DNA of 64,000 nucleotides from a virus: IMG/VR virus record IMGVR_UViG_3300025133_009393, one strand, 5' to 3'. Shown here one piece after another: positions 29,524-39,406 of this stretch. Both the position numbers and the translations under genes were made by a program. Position 1 is the stretch's first letter. Every line of letters starts with the position of its first letter. The notes below the pieces were generated by a model. That model did no database searches. It was not told where the DNA came from and was given only the letters and a program-made list of their open reading frames with translations.

Positions 29524-30477
29524 TTAATCTTTTATCTCTTCTAAAACCATTTTATATATTTTTCCTGTTTTATTATTTCTTATACTTAAATACTCTTCTT
29601 CCTCAATAACTGTCCAATCACCTCTATCATTTTTAAGATGTAAGTCGCCAGTATATAAATTTGCCCAACGTCTGGACGGCGATCCTAAATCATGCGAGTT
29701 ATCACTGCCCGGTACTACATTGCCGGCTACTTCAAGTTTCTCTGTTGGGCTCGTAGTTCCGATGCCGACATAGCCAGACTGATCAACGACCAAGTGGTTT
29801 TCATTTGCATTGGCGCTGATTGCAAGGTGATTTAATAAGTTATTAGTAACATCACATCTAATGTTTGCCATCGTCGACCCGTCGCCACTCTGAAATATAA
29901 TTTGGCCGTCGCCGTCGTCGGCGCTGCGAAGAAGAAGTTTGGGGTGTTCATCATTAAGCTCCAGCAGGGCACCTGGAGAAGTTGTACCAATCCCAACCCG
30001 GCCGGAAGGGTCAATAACAAAATGATCCTCGGCTGTGCCGGCACTAAATGCAAAATGATTTAATGTGTTAGACGTGGTGTCGCAACGCATATTGAAAAGT
30101 TGCGTGCTGGCCGCATTTTTAAATAAAATTTGGGAGTCGCCATGAGAATGGTTTGTTTTGAAAAGAAGCTTAGGGTGTTCGTCATTAATCTCCAATGATG
30201 CACCAGGAGAAACTGTTCCAATTCCAATCTTGCCAGTAAAACTATGTATATCGTCATCAGAATCACCAAAACTAGTGCTGCCGGTGGCGCTAATATTTGT
30301 AACTTGCTGGTTAACAACATTGACTTTTAATTCATTGGCTACCAGAGTGCCAGAGACTTCTACGTCGCCCTTGAAAAAACTAGAACCAGTGATTTGATGT
30401 CTGGCAGTTGAAGAATCTCCAAAACGCGTGCTACCGGAAATAAGGAGCGCATTTTTTATAACTATCTTATCTGGCAT
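29524..30477 (-). CDS. Fibre protein with two GIGT/EHPK modules and a WANxYTGDLHL C-terminal domain
   Basis: GIGTTSP repeats; C-terminus shared with 32469-34160. Confidence 0.7.
   Translation of the reverse strand: MPDKIVIKNALLISGSTRFGDSSTARHQITGSSFFKGDVEVSGTLVANELKVNVVNQQVTNISATGSTSFGDSDDDIHSFTGKIGIGTVSPGASLEINDEHPKLLFKTNHSHGDSQILFKNAASTQLFNMRCDTTSNTLNHFAFSAGTAEDHFVIDPSGRVGIGTTSPGALLELNDEHPKLLLRSADDGDGQIIFQSGDGSTMANIRCDVTNNLLNHLAISANANENHLVVDQSGYVGIGTTSPTEKLEVAGNVVPGSDNSHDLGSPSRRWANLYTGDLHLKNDRGDWTVIEEEEYLSIRNNKTGKIYKMVLEEIKD
29611..29667. repeat. 57-nt near-identical direct repeat (second copy 32556-32612)
   Basis: 55/57 identical by manual alignment; encodes WAN(L/I)YTGDLHLKND(R/K)GDWT. 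Confidence 0.85.
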
Positions 30478-30494
30478 GCGTCAAGCTCCTATTG

Positions 30495-32465
30495 TTAAGT
30501 AGAAGCCATGCCAGTGACTACCCACTGCATCATGCTGGCATTCGCTCCGACACATACAATATCAACATAGTCGCCTACTACGCATTGACTGCCAGAAAAA
30601 TACAAGAAATCCTTGCCGTCGCCGGAAGGTCCGGTCCCGTCAAAAGATATTGCACCTGGGGTTCCATTGCTGGAAGCATCATTGATATAGCCAAAAAGGT
30701 AATCATTTGTTTCATCGCCTCTAGCGATTTTTATTGAACCAACGTTGGCATTTACTATCATTGCACGGAAATGATAACCCATGAATTGAAATGCCTGGTT
30801 GGTATTAACAGCTGTGGGCAAAGTAATGGTGGCAACACTGGCGCCGCCGTTGGATGCCTGGGTTTGAGTTAACTTAAAGATGCCGCCACTATAGCCCATC
30901 GCAGAAGTTACGTGCATGCTGGACAGATTTAAATCAGATCCACTGATTGCGGTCATCGTCTTCTTGGACATCCAGCCGCCATAAGCTCCATTATCTGCAG
31001 ATGCCGCGTTAAAAACACCGTCATAGGTCTGGAATCGTATAGCAGCATGCGTATCGCCGAGCGTTGCTCCGCGGGAGTGTCGGAAATCGACATAAGGGCT
31101 GGTACTGGCAGTTGAATCCAAATTAACGGACAACATGGCGGTACCGCCATGTTTAAAGTTAATGTTCGCCGCCCCAGCATCTAAATTAATATCGCCGTCG
31201 ACATCAAAAGTGAGATCTGCATTAGCTCCCTCGCTATCAAAAGTGGTAAGGGTTGTTGATCCGCTGCCGGCAACTTTTAAAGAAGCCCAGGCGCTGTGAT
31301 TAGCAGCAATGCCGCTAGCTGCACCAGGCTGTGGTCGTGTCCATATCTTAAAAGATCCTGAAGTTGTTTCAAAGTCAAAGGCAGAGCTGCCGTCGTTGTT
31401 GATTGCTACTCGGCCTGATTCTGTATCTAGCTCGATATCTCCATCGACGTTAAAATATAAATCAGCGTTATCTGCATCGTCGTCAACAGTTGAAATTGTC
31501 GTTGCGCCATGTTGCGCAACCTGAATTTTAAATAAATCACCCGTATCCTGATCATCATAAATCGTAAATGCTGTATTATCACAGTCAAGTAAGAAATGAG
31601 GATCTTTGTTGTCTTTGATGTATACTTGACCGCCGTCTGAATCAAGGTAAATATCACCTGAAGATGAAAGAACTAAATTGCCGGTGCTGGTTGAAGCGCT
31701 AACATATGTGGTACCAGTACTCCAGCCAACTTTATGGCCGAGTGGAAGGAGTATTCCACTGGTGCCAAATCTAAACGATTCGTCGCTATTTACGTCGGAA
31801 AATAACACGGCGTCGGCAGTTGCTACGTTAATAGAGCCTCTTAGGGTACCGCCTCCTTTCAAGTCGATTGTGTCGCCGGCAGCATCTAAAATAATATCTC
31901 CCGACGCATCAATTATTGCATCTGTAGCTGCCCATGTTGTATCGCCGTCACTAGCCACTGTAAAAGTCGAAGCGTTAGAGTCATCATATGACAATTTAAG
32001 CTGAGTACTTGTACTCAAGACTTCAAGTTGCGAGTCGGGATCCTGAACTCCAATGCCAATTTTTCCAGTACCATCAATAACCAGATCATTTTCGTCCGAA
32101 CCGGCGGCAATTACAAGATGATTCAGCGCATTAGATGAAGCGTCGCAACGAATCCAGGCTAGCTGTGTGCCATCTGTACTTTTAAATGCAATTTGGCTAT
32201 CGCCATTGCCACTGGTCTCGCTAGCTTGAAAAAGAAGCTTTGGGTGTTCATCTTTGAGTTCTAGCAGAACGGCAGGAGAAGTCGTTCCGATGCCGACTTT
32301 GCCGGTAGAGTCAACATGCAAAGCATTAACACCGGTACTATTGAGAGTAACAGTAGAGCCCGAAAGCACAACGGGTACCGAGCCTGAAATAACTTGATAA
32401 CCAGCGGAATTACTACCGCTAATAACCATCCATCCACCATTAGATCCACTTACAACAACTGGCAT
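30495..32465 (-). CDS. Fibre-like virion protein with one EHPK module and repeated DGDIxLDA motifs
   Basis: VGIGTTSP, DEHPKLL, repeated GDI.LD units, S/G/D-rich. Confidence 0.7.
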   Translation of the reverse strand: MPVVVSGSNGGWMVISGSNSAGYQVISGSVPVVLSGSTVTLNSTGVNALHVDSTGKVGIGTTSPAVLLELKDEHPKLLFQASETSGNGDSQIAFKSTDGTQLAWIRCDASSNALNHLVIAAGSDENDLVIDGTGKIGIGVQDPDSQLEVLSTSTQLKLSYDDSNASTFTVASDGDTTWAATDAIIDASGDIILDAAGDTIDLKGGGTLRGSINVATADAVLFSDVNSDESFRFGTSGILLPLGHKVGWSTGTTYVSASTSTGNLVLSSSGDIYLDSDGGQVYIKDNKDPHFLLDCDNTAFTIYDDQDTGDLFKIQVAQHGATTISTVDDDADNADLYFNVDGDIELDTESGRVAINNDGSSAFDFETTSGSFKIWTRPQPGAASGIAANHSAWASLKVAGSGSTTLTTFDSEGANADLTFDVDGDINLDAGAANINFKHGGTAMLSVNLDSTASTSPYVDFRHSRGATLGDTHAAIRFQTYDGVFNAASADNGAYGGWMSKKTMTAISGSDLNLSSMHVTSAMGYSGGIFKLTQTQASNGGASVATITLPTAVNTNQAFQFMGYHFRAMIVNANVGSIKIARGDETNDYLFGYINDASSNGTPGAISFDGTGPSGDGKDFLYFSGSQCVVGDYVDIVCVGANASMMQWVVTGMAST

Positions 32466-32468
32466 AAT

Positions 32469-34160
32469 TTAATCCTCTATTTCCTGAAGCATCATTTTAT
32501 ACTTCTTTCCGGTTTTGTTATTTACCACCTCTAAATAGTCCTCTTCCTCAACAATTGTCCAATCACCTTTATCATTTTTAAGATGTAAGTCGCCAGTATA
32601 TATATTTGCCCAGCGATGAGCTGAAGATCCCAAATCATACGCATTGTCTGCACCTGGCAAAACACTTCCCGTAAGATCAGTTTGGCCGCTGACAGACAGC
32701 TTGGAAGTTGGACTCGTAGTTCCGATGCCGACGTTGCCACCAGACGCTACAACCAAATGATCTTCACCAGAGCCTGCGCTGATCGCGAAATGGTTTAAAG
32801 CGTTTGACGTAGCGTCACAACGAAAATTAACCAACTGGGTGCCGTCCAGGCTTTTAAACTTAATCCCACCGTCGCCGTTGGCGTGGCTACTTTGTATTGT
32901 TATCGTCGGGTGCTCATCATAAATATGCAAGGCAGTGGCAGGAGCTACGATGCCGATACCAACCTTTGTGGTACCGCCGGATGCTGGATCTCCAAAATAG
33001 GCATAAGTGGTGTTTGCAGTCCCCTCTCCGACTAGCGAAAGTGTTGAGGTTGCTGCGGCGCCGGCGCTGGCCACGCCCATGTGGATAACGCCTTCTTCGG
33101 CGCCGGCGGTGACCGTGGTACCGGCGCCCAAGATCCACGCCATGTCCGCATCAGAATCTGCGGCGTCTTTACCGGTAAAGAAAATTGCGCCAACATCATC
33201 ACCAGCTGCTTCGTCGGTGGTGCTCTTGTAAAACCTCAATATCGAATGAATAGCATCGTCATTAGAATTTTCTATCAATACCTCGGGTTTATAAGTAACA
33301 GAGCTTTTGATATGAAGTAGCTCTGATGGGCTAGTTGTGCCAATACCGATCTTGCCATCAGACGCTACAACCAAATGATCCTCACCCGTAGATCCATTAA
33401 TGGAGAAGGATTCCATGATATTGTTTGTCACGGCGCATCTAATATTTGCCATCGTTGAGCCGTCGCCGCTTCGGAAAATGATCTGAGGGTCTCCATTCGC
33501 GGAGTTGCTGCGAAGAAGAAGCTTCGGATGTTCATCGTTAAGTTCTAATAAGCCCGTAAATTTATGTGTATCGTCAGACGAGTCGCCAAAGCTTGTGCTA
33601 CCGGTTGAACTAATATTAACAATCGTTTCGTTGTGAACGTTAACTTTGTATTCGTTAGCAACCAAGGTGCCAGATACAAAAAGCGAACCGGTCATGCGCA
33701 TTATTCCAGCCTGATAATCGTATGTTAAGTTTTTACTTCCGGATATCATTGTGCCGGCAGCGGTCGATCCAGAATTGAAAAGTATTTGTGTATTTGAACT
33801 AGAAGCAAGAAGCTCTTTTGAGAGCATCTTTATGTCAGTTGAGCCTACAACAATCGACGAAACAGTGTCGACGTAATCTATTCTTGCCCACCTAGATCCG
33901 GTGGTGTAAACAAGCCAATCATCAACTTGCCAACCAGTATTGCCCTCTAAATTTGTTGAGCCGGCAGTATTAACTTGCCAATATTCTCCAGTACTGATTT
34001 TGCCCGAGCCGCTTGGCTCGCCAACAAGGCCATTTGCATATCCACCATTTGCATGGGAGCCAGTAAATAAAAGGCCACCAGATAGTGCTGTGTTGGTACT
34101 AGCATTCCAATAGCCTCTGAATCTGGAAATTCCTATAAAAGATAAGCTGTCACTCGGCAT
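32469..34160 (-). CDS. Fibre protein with a GYWNASTNT N-terminal domain, two EHP modules and the shared C-terminal domain
   Basis: GIGT repeats; C-terminal DLGS..RWANIYTGDLHLKN. Confidence 0.72.
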   Translation of the reverse strand: MPSDSLSFIGISRFRGYWNASTNTALSGGLLFTGSHANGGYANGLVGEPSGSGKISTGEYWQVNTAGSTNLEGNTGWQVDDWLVYTTGSRWARIDYVDTVSSIVVGSTDIKMLSKELLASSSNTQILFNSGSTAAGTMISGSKNLTYDYQAGIMRMTGSLFVSGTLVANEYKVNVHNETIVNISSTGSTSFGDSSDDTHKFTGLLELNDEHPKLLLRSNSANGDPQIIFRSGDGSTMANIRCAVTNNIMESFSINGSTGEDHLVVASDGKIGIGTTSPSELLHIKSSVTYKPEVLIENSNDDAIHSILRFYKSTTDEAAGDDVGAIFFTGKDAADSDADMAWILGAGTTVTAGAEEGVIHMGVASAGAAATSTLSLVGEGTANTTYAYFGDPASGGTTKVGIGIVAPATALHIYDEHPTITIQSSHANGDGGIKFKSLDGTQLVNFRCDATSNALNHFAISAGSGEDHLVVASGGNVGIGTTSPTSKLSVSGQTDLTGSVLPGADNAYDLGSSAHRWANIYTGDLHLKNDKGDWTIVEEEDYLEVVNNKTGKKYKMMLQEIED

Positions 34161-34284
34161 AAATTATTCCCCTACTAACATATAATTAGGCTGCTATAAC
34201 TAAAATCGTCATGATAAGTTATAATATATGCGCTCCCCAAAAAGCCTTAACCTTGGCCGTTTCTTTTTGCAATCTTCTATATTT

Positions 34285-35358
34285 CTATCCAATACCCATG
34301 ACTTTCCCAACTGTTGCAACGCTAGACCCCATAATTTTTCCAAGTGAGGTATTTGCGGTACCGCCAAATTTACTACCACCTACCCAAATATACTGGTAAC
34401 ACCCTATCGTCGTTCCAGTACTGGCGTAGGCACGGTTTGTAATATCTGTGGTGGGCGCGGATTGGGCTGTTTGCCAATCGTATGTGCCGGCTCCGACCGC
34501 TTTGCTGACGCCCCCTGGTCTAAAGTTATCAGAGGCGTGGGCGGCGAATGTATCTGTTGTAATATCATCATATCCTAAACAAGCGGTTTCAGTGCCGTGA
34601 AAATCATCATCGCCGTCGACGCCATATGAAATACAATTTTTTATTGTTGTGCCATGAATTCCATAAGTTTGATCACCGCCAGAATTGTTATTGTATATAC
34701 AGTTATATACATTTGCAGCGTATATTCCTTTACCAGCGGTTTTTTGATAATCTGTCTGTACAGTGCAGTTAATAACATGGCCGCGGCCATCAACGTTAAT
34801 ACCGTTGGTATTAAAATCCTGCACTAAACAAGAATAAACCGTGGCCACGCTGCTGCCGCCGTATTGACCATCAATGCCAGTTGTTGCAGTCGAAGTGCCT
34901 TTATGAGTACATATAATCTGGCAACGATCAAGTGTCGCGCTTCCATAAAGTTCTACACCCCAAACACTTGATTTTATAATACAATTAGTTGCAGTACCGC
35001 CGCCGTAGGTGCTAACTGAGAAAGCAGAAATGCCGACAGAGGTGCCGGTATATATAATTGTGCAATGACTAATGGAGCATCCGCTAGCGCAGCTGACTAC
35101 ACCATGGCCACCGCCGCCGTCTCCAGAGTTGGTTATAATTACATCTTCTGGATTTCCTGTTGCACCAATAAAACTAAGGTTAATTCCACTTACGCCAGAC
35201 TGAGCCTTGATAGTTTCAGTATATGTTCCAGCGCCAATATATATGTTATCACCGTTTGATTCAATAGCTAGAGCACCAGCAATTGTGAGCTTGGCATTAT
35301 CCCAATCAGCACCACTATTGGAATTGTTGCCAGATTTACTTACATAGATATCCGCCAT
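34285..35358 (-). CDS. Right-handed beta-helix (pectate-lyase-like) protein, putative carbohydrate binder or depolymerase
   Basis: IYVSKSGNNSNSG..AKLTI..IYIGAGTYTE start; repeated NC/HC/SC-I rungs. Confidence 0.75.
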   Translation of the reverse strand: MADIYVSKSGNNSNSGADWDNAKLTIAGALAIESNGDNIYIGAGTYTETIKAQSGVSGINLSFIGATGNPEDVIITNSGDGGGGHGVVSCASGCSISHCTIIYTGTSVGISAFSVSTYGGGTATNCIIKSSVWGVELYGSATLDRCQIICTHKGTSTATTGIDGQYGGSSVATVYSCLVQDFNTNGINVDGRGHVINCTVQTDYQKTAGKGIYAANVYNCIYNNNSGGDQTYGIHGTTIKNCISYGVDGDDDFHGTETACLGYDDITTDTFAAHASDNFRPGGVSKAVGAGTYDWQTAQSAPTTDITNRAYASTGTTIGCYQYIWVGGSKFGGTANTSLGKIMGSSVATVGKVMGIG

Positions 35359-35374
35359 TGCACTGGGCCCCCCC

Positions 35375-36901
35375 CTAAGCTACTTCAACCCAAGTCTTGT
35401 CAGGATCAAACCATATAGTTGTATTTGAGCCGCTCGTGGCATATCCAATTATTCGTACAATGTCCCCAGAGCCACTAGGGGCAGTTGCGTCGCCGGCGCC
35501 GGCAGTTTCAGATAAATAAACTACGCTGCCGACGGCCTGGGTGCCATCAAGAGTATGCAGCTGCACAAAACCCCTAATAAGTACGCCGTATCCGTGATCT
35601 GAATGTGTTGCTACTCCGAGGAGGCCTGTGGCTGTGGCCGCGGCGTCCGCGTCGATGGTCTCCCAGGTACCATCTGATTTAAAATAATATATTTTTCCTG
35701 CAGTTAATGAACCTATGTTGGAGCCCATACCGTAAATAACATCACCATCTGAGATTTTACCGGCAGCGTCTATGTCGAGGAAGCCGGAGACCACGTTAGT
35801 GAGGGCGTTGAAGGTACCGTTGACTGACACATCGCCGGCGCCATTTCCTATTGTGACATTTACCCCGTCTTCTTCATCTCCGGATGTAACAATAAGACCC
35901 GGCTGCAGTTCACCATCGTGAGAGGCAACACTAAGAGTTAACCTTCCTTCTTCGGCGCCATCGGTCATGTCTGGAATATCTGCCTTAATGGTGGCATAAG
36001 TAGTTACTTCAGGGCTACCCGCGTCATTTTCACTAACAAAGGTAATATTACCAATAACATCATCGTCGGCAACATTAGCACCGTCTTTAAGGAATTTTAG
36101 TGTACCGCCAGTAGCGTCAGCGTTAGTGTTTTTGAGCGTGAGTACAGGGCATGCTGTTACACCGTTTCCTTCCAAGACTAGGCCGACATCGGCCTCGTGA
36201 GTTAAGGTAATCTCTTCGCTTGCGCCAAATTTAATTATCGATGCATCCGACTTGAGTGATAGGTTATCTTTAACTTCGACAGAGCCGGCGTCTGTAAGCC
36301 TTAAAGTTTCTGTGTCGTCTGTTTGGGTGAAGATAAGATCTTTTGAATCAACGATCTGTTTAATAGTGACGTCTCCACTACCGCTCTCAGTAATTGTTAA
36401 AACGGATGTGCCACCATCTTGGAAGTCTATGATTCCAGTAACTGAATCAAGCGTAACGTTTCCTGAGTTTGTTGATGTAATTTCAACACCGGTGTGGCCG
36501 TCGACTTTAACATTACCCGCGTTTGAATCAATAGTAATATTACCAGATGATGTATCAATAGAAACCGCTGCATCGCCCGAACTAATATCGTCTGCAGCTG
36601 ATGAGCCACCGCCGCCGCTAGCGGCAATAGAGCCGTCGTTAGTGAGGCGGACATCTTGGCCTGTATCATCAGTAAAATAAAGATCACATGGGGTATTTGA
36701 TTTAACCCAAAGCTGGCCATATGCATCAGTATCGCTATCAGCGTCCGCTTGTTCTTTGACAGTTACGGTCCCTTCAACAGTTAGTTTTGTTTTCGGGCTG
36801 GTTGTGCCAATACCAACTTTATCACCCGATGCATCAACTGATAATGTTCCAGAATCTACTTCTAAATTTGATAAATCTGATGTTCCTGCTTTAAATCCCA
36901 T
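35375..36901 (-). CDS. Fibre protein with a C-terminal capsid-cement-like (beta-tulip/DUF2190-like) domain
   Basis: VGIGTTSP near the N-terminus; C-terminal GKIYY..W..DA..GLLGVA..GVLIRGFV..VGSVVYLS..AP..GDIVRIIGY. Confidence 0.6.
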   Translation of the reverse strand: MGFKAGTSDLSNLEVDSGTLSVDASGDKVGIGTTSPKTKLTVEGTVTVKEQADADSDTDAYGQLWVKSNTPCDLYFTDDTGQDVRLTNDGSIAASGGGGSSAADDISSGDAAVSIDTSSGNITIDSNAGNVKVDGHTGVEITSTNSGNVTLDSVTGIIDFQDGGTSVLTITESGSGDVTIKQIVDSKDLIFTQTDDTETLRLTDAGSVEVKDNLSLKSDASIIKFGASEEITLTHEADVGLVLEGNGVTACPVLTLKNTNADATGGTLKFLKDGANVADDDVIGNITFVSENDAGSPEVTTYATIKADIPDMTDGAEEGRLTLSVASHDGELQPGLIVTSGDEEDGVNVTIGNGAGDVSVNGTFNALTNVVSGFLDIDAAGKISDGDVIYGMGSNIGSLTAGKIYYFKSDGTWETIDADAAATATGLLGVATHSDHGYGVLIRGFVQLHTLDGTQAVGSVVYLSETAGAGDATAPSGSGDIVRIIGYATSGSNTTIWFDPDKTWVEVA

Positions 36902-36916
36902 ATTATTATTTCCTTA

Positions 36917-37375
36917 TTATAATCCTATGCCCTCGTCTGTCAAGCCGGATCCGGTTAGAGCAAACATTTGACTTGCAGGAATCCCTGTCAGCGTCGCGAC
37001 AACTCTATATTCCCTACTTCCATTTGAATCGTTTGGGGCTGAGATGTAAATTTCCTTGCACTTGACATCTGAAAATTCATACGCATCCTCATCGGTATCC
37101 AATTCAACAAAATGTTTACCAGTTATAACATAGGATCCGGCAGTATCTTTGGAGGAGTTAAAATGTATATAAACCTTACCAGTGCTAGAATCTCCATGCC
37201 TAATGACAGTGACACTTTTCGTCACATAAGGAAATACAATTTTATGCTCCTCGTTGTGACCTAAAGTCGCAGATCCAGTTATCCATGGCATACCAGAAAC
37301 TTGATATGAACCGACGTTATGGAGCCCGACTCCATATTTTGTAAAGGGTTTCGGGGCGCTCTTGCTATAAGACAT
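36917..37375 (-). CDS. Hypothetical virion protein
   Basis: 152 aa beta-rich ORF, AGGAG SD, CTAATTA motif at 37395-37401. Confidence 0.65.
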   Translation of the reverse strand: MSYSKSAPKPFTKYGVGLHNVGSYQVSGMPWITGSATLGHNEEHKIVFPYVTKSVTVIRHGDSSTGKVYIHFNSSKDTAGSYVITGKHFVELDTDEDAYEFSDVKCKEIYISAPNDSNGSREYRVVATLTGIPASQMFALTGSGLTDEGIGL

Positions 37376-37393
37376 TACATTTCTCCTATTATT

Positions 37394-37636
37394 CTAATTA
37401 GCCTGGGGAATTAATTTTTTCCTTCGCTGTGTTTCCGCTTTTCTCGCATTTTCTTTTTTACGCAGACGCTCTCGTCTTTTCTTTGAAGATTTTTTTTCAT
37501 GATACATTCTTGATCTAAATTCTTCTATAATTTTCTCTTTTTTAACTTTTTTAATAAATCTTCTTATTAATCTATAAGGATCGCCCTTGACATCTCTCAA
37601 ACTTACGACAACATTTGCGGGTCTTTTTTTAGCCAT
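37394..37636 (-). CDS. rpsU: Phage-encoded 30S ribosomal protein bS21
   Basis: 80 aa, very basic; LIRRFIKKVKKEKIIEEFRSRMYHEKKSSKKRR matches the bS21 pattern LRRFK......I..E.R.R..YEKPS..R. Confidence 0.85.
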   Translation of the reverse strand: MAKKRPANVVVSLRDVKGDPYRLIRRFIKKVKKEKIIEEFRSRMYHEKKSSKKRRERLRKKENARKAETQRRKKLIPQAN

Positions 37637-37646
37637 CTGTTTTCCT

Positions 37647-38045
37647 TTAGATTAAGTGTTTCCACTTACCCTTTGCCATTCCGATTATACCATCAATATT
37701 AACGCCGGCGTCGGAGGCTGAGATACCGGCAAGAGGCGAATGTGTTGATGATCCTTCTGGTGCAGGAGTGGTATTTTCGAAAACATCAATATTTACTTTC
37801 GTAGATTCATTTAATCTGCGAATTCTTTCTTGACGCTGTTTCTCATATTCTTCTTCTCTGTGTCTCTGCGTGCTGGTATTTTCATTAAACACAACGGCTG
37901 CACTCTCAGTAACAACTTTTTGATTGCCCATACCCTGCGCAACTTCTTTAATAATGCCAGATAGCACGCCCTCTTCAAAGATGCATTCTTTAATACATTC
38001 TTTAATAAGGGGTTTCAATACTTTTTTTAATTCATTCTTTTTCAT
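37647..38045 (-). CDS. Hypothetical head-module protein (MKKNELKKVLKPLIKECIKE start)
   Basis: 132 aa, several x-x-E protease-like sites; lies between the protease and bS21 genes. Confidence 0.7.
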   Translation of the reverse strand: MKKNELKKVLKPLIKECIKECIFEEGVLSGIIKEVAQGMGNQKVVTESAAVVFNENTSTQRHREEEYEKQRQERIRRLNESTKVNIDVFENTTPAPEGSSTHSPLAGISASDAGVNIDGIIGMAKGKWKHLI

Positions 38046-38068
38046 TGTTTACTCTTTGGTGTTTTTCC

Positions 38069-38743
38069 TTAATAGGTGGCGCCCACGCTTTTGCGTGGAT
38101 TAATTGTAACCATCTGTCCGCCCTTATATTGCATCTCGCCTCCACTTCTGGGCTTGGGCTGTGCGTCGCGCGCGCGTCTCGCGGAGACTTCTTTTCTCCA
38201 GAATGCTTTTGAGGCTTCGTCGGCCTTCTTGGCGCGTTCGCGGTCTTCTTCGCGCCGGGCCCGGGCTTCTGGTGACTCCTCATACGCTTCTCTTTCCCAC
38301 CCTTTGATAAATCCAGTTTTAAACTTACCGAGAGCTTCACGAGCTAGCTGTAGGTCTTCCTGTTCTTCTTTAAATCCCTGGTTAATGCCTCCTTTCTCAT
38401 CTGGCCAATTGATATAGTGCTCCGGGGGCTCCATGTACTTTTCTACAAAAAGCGTATATAAATAGCGAAGAGTGAAGGAGTGCTCATTAGCAATGGACTG
38501 TTTGTCACGGTACTCACGTAAGGCAATTTCTTCTGCTATCTCTTTAAGTTTTAAATTTCCATATTCTTCTGTCTTCTTCCCCTTCCATTTTTCATCCCAG
38601 TGAGCCTGAGTTCCTGCCTCCGGAGGGGCAGTTTTTTTACCTAGGCCCAGAGCAGTTTTCGTACGATCCCAAAGACCCTCGCCTAAGATGGTCTCGATCT
38701 CTTCCTTGATAATTTCTTTTAATCTTGTTTTTGTAATTTTCAC
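38069..38743 (-). CDS. Hypothetical protein with MKITKTRLKEIIKEEI leader (putative internal head protein)
   Basis: GTG start, SD AAGGGG; directly downstream of the prohead protease. Confidence 0.7.
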   Translation of the reverse strand: MKITKTRLKEIIKEEIETILGEGLWDRTKTALGLGKKTAPPEAGTQAHWDEKWKGKKTEEYGNLKLKEIAEEIALREYRDKQSIANEHSFTLRYLYTLFVEKYMEPPEHYINWPDEKGGINQGFKEEQEDLQLAREALGKFKTGFIKGWEREAYEESPEARARREEDRERAKKADEASKAFWRKEVSARRARDAQPKPRSGGEMQYKGGQMVTINPRKSVGATY

Positions 38744-38747
38744 GTAA

Positions 38748-39386
38748 TTACCCCTTTATAATATCATCAATAATATTGTTAATTTTTTGCTCTTTTGTAA
38801 GAGTATTGTTGCTCTCGTTTAAATATACACTAATTTCTGTATCCACATTTCCTGATTGCTTTCTGAGATACGCGCCGGGAGTTGAAGGCTCGGAGACCAT
38901 ATCAAAACAAATCAGTTGAAAATCATCTTCAACCATTGTCTGCCCATTAGATTCCCTTACAGTTCCCAATCCTCTAGACGAAATTCCAAGCTTAATGCCG
39001 GCCTTCAAAAGATCTTTCAAAATTCTTCCTGCCGGCGTGTCCAGTACTTCGAATTTAGCCATGACACTATCGCCATCCCACCACATTTTTGTAGCAAGAT
39101 GTGAAGTGTTTTTAAGATTGACAACACTGTCATCCGGATGATCTAATTCGCCCAAGGCTCTGCGCTCGCGGATCGACTTTTGATAGTTTTCAACTTCTCT
39201 TTGTAAAGTTTCTTTGCGATAGATTCTACCATTGCCATTTTTAACGCCGGCTTTTTGACACACGCCGACCAGATAAACAGCACCATTATCCATAGCATTG
39301 CGTTTTTCTGATTCAGTCATGACGTCGAGCGCGCAGCGGCCATCCGGACAGAGTTCAAAGTATTCTTGTAATAATTGTTTTGACAT
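38748..39386 (-). CDS. Prohead core protease (T4 gp21-like)
   Basis: KNGNGRIY, ALGELDHP, GISSRGLG, FDMVSEPSTPGA. Confidence 0.95.
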   Translation of the reverse strand: MSKQLLQEYFELCPDGRCALDVMTESEKRNAMDNGAVYLVGVCQKAGVKNGNGRIYRKETLQREVENYQKSIRERRALGELDHPDDSVVNLKNTSHLATKMWWDGDSVMAKFEVLDTPAGRILKDLLKAGIKLGISSRGLGTVRESNGQTMVEDDFQLICFDMVSEPSTPGAYLRKQSGNVDTEISVYLNESNNTLTKEQKINNIIDDIIKG

Positions 39387-39406
39387 ATTTTTTATCTAAG
39401 CGAGGC

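Noticed and set aside
29524-34160. Diversity-generating retroelement TR/VR pair in the fibre C-termini
   Set aside because: Both mismatches in the 57-nt repeat are at A in one copy, but two sites are too few, the flanks differ at non-A positions, both copies are coding, and no reverse transcriptase is in the window.
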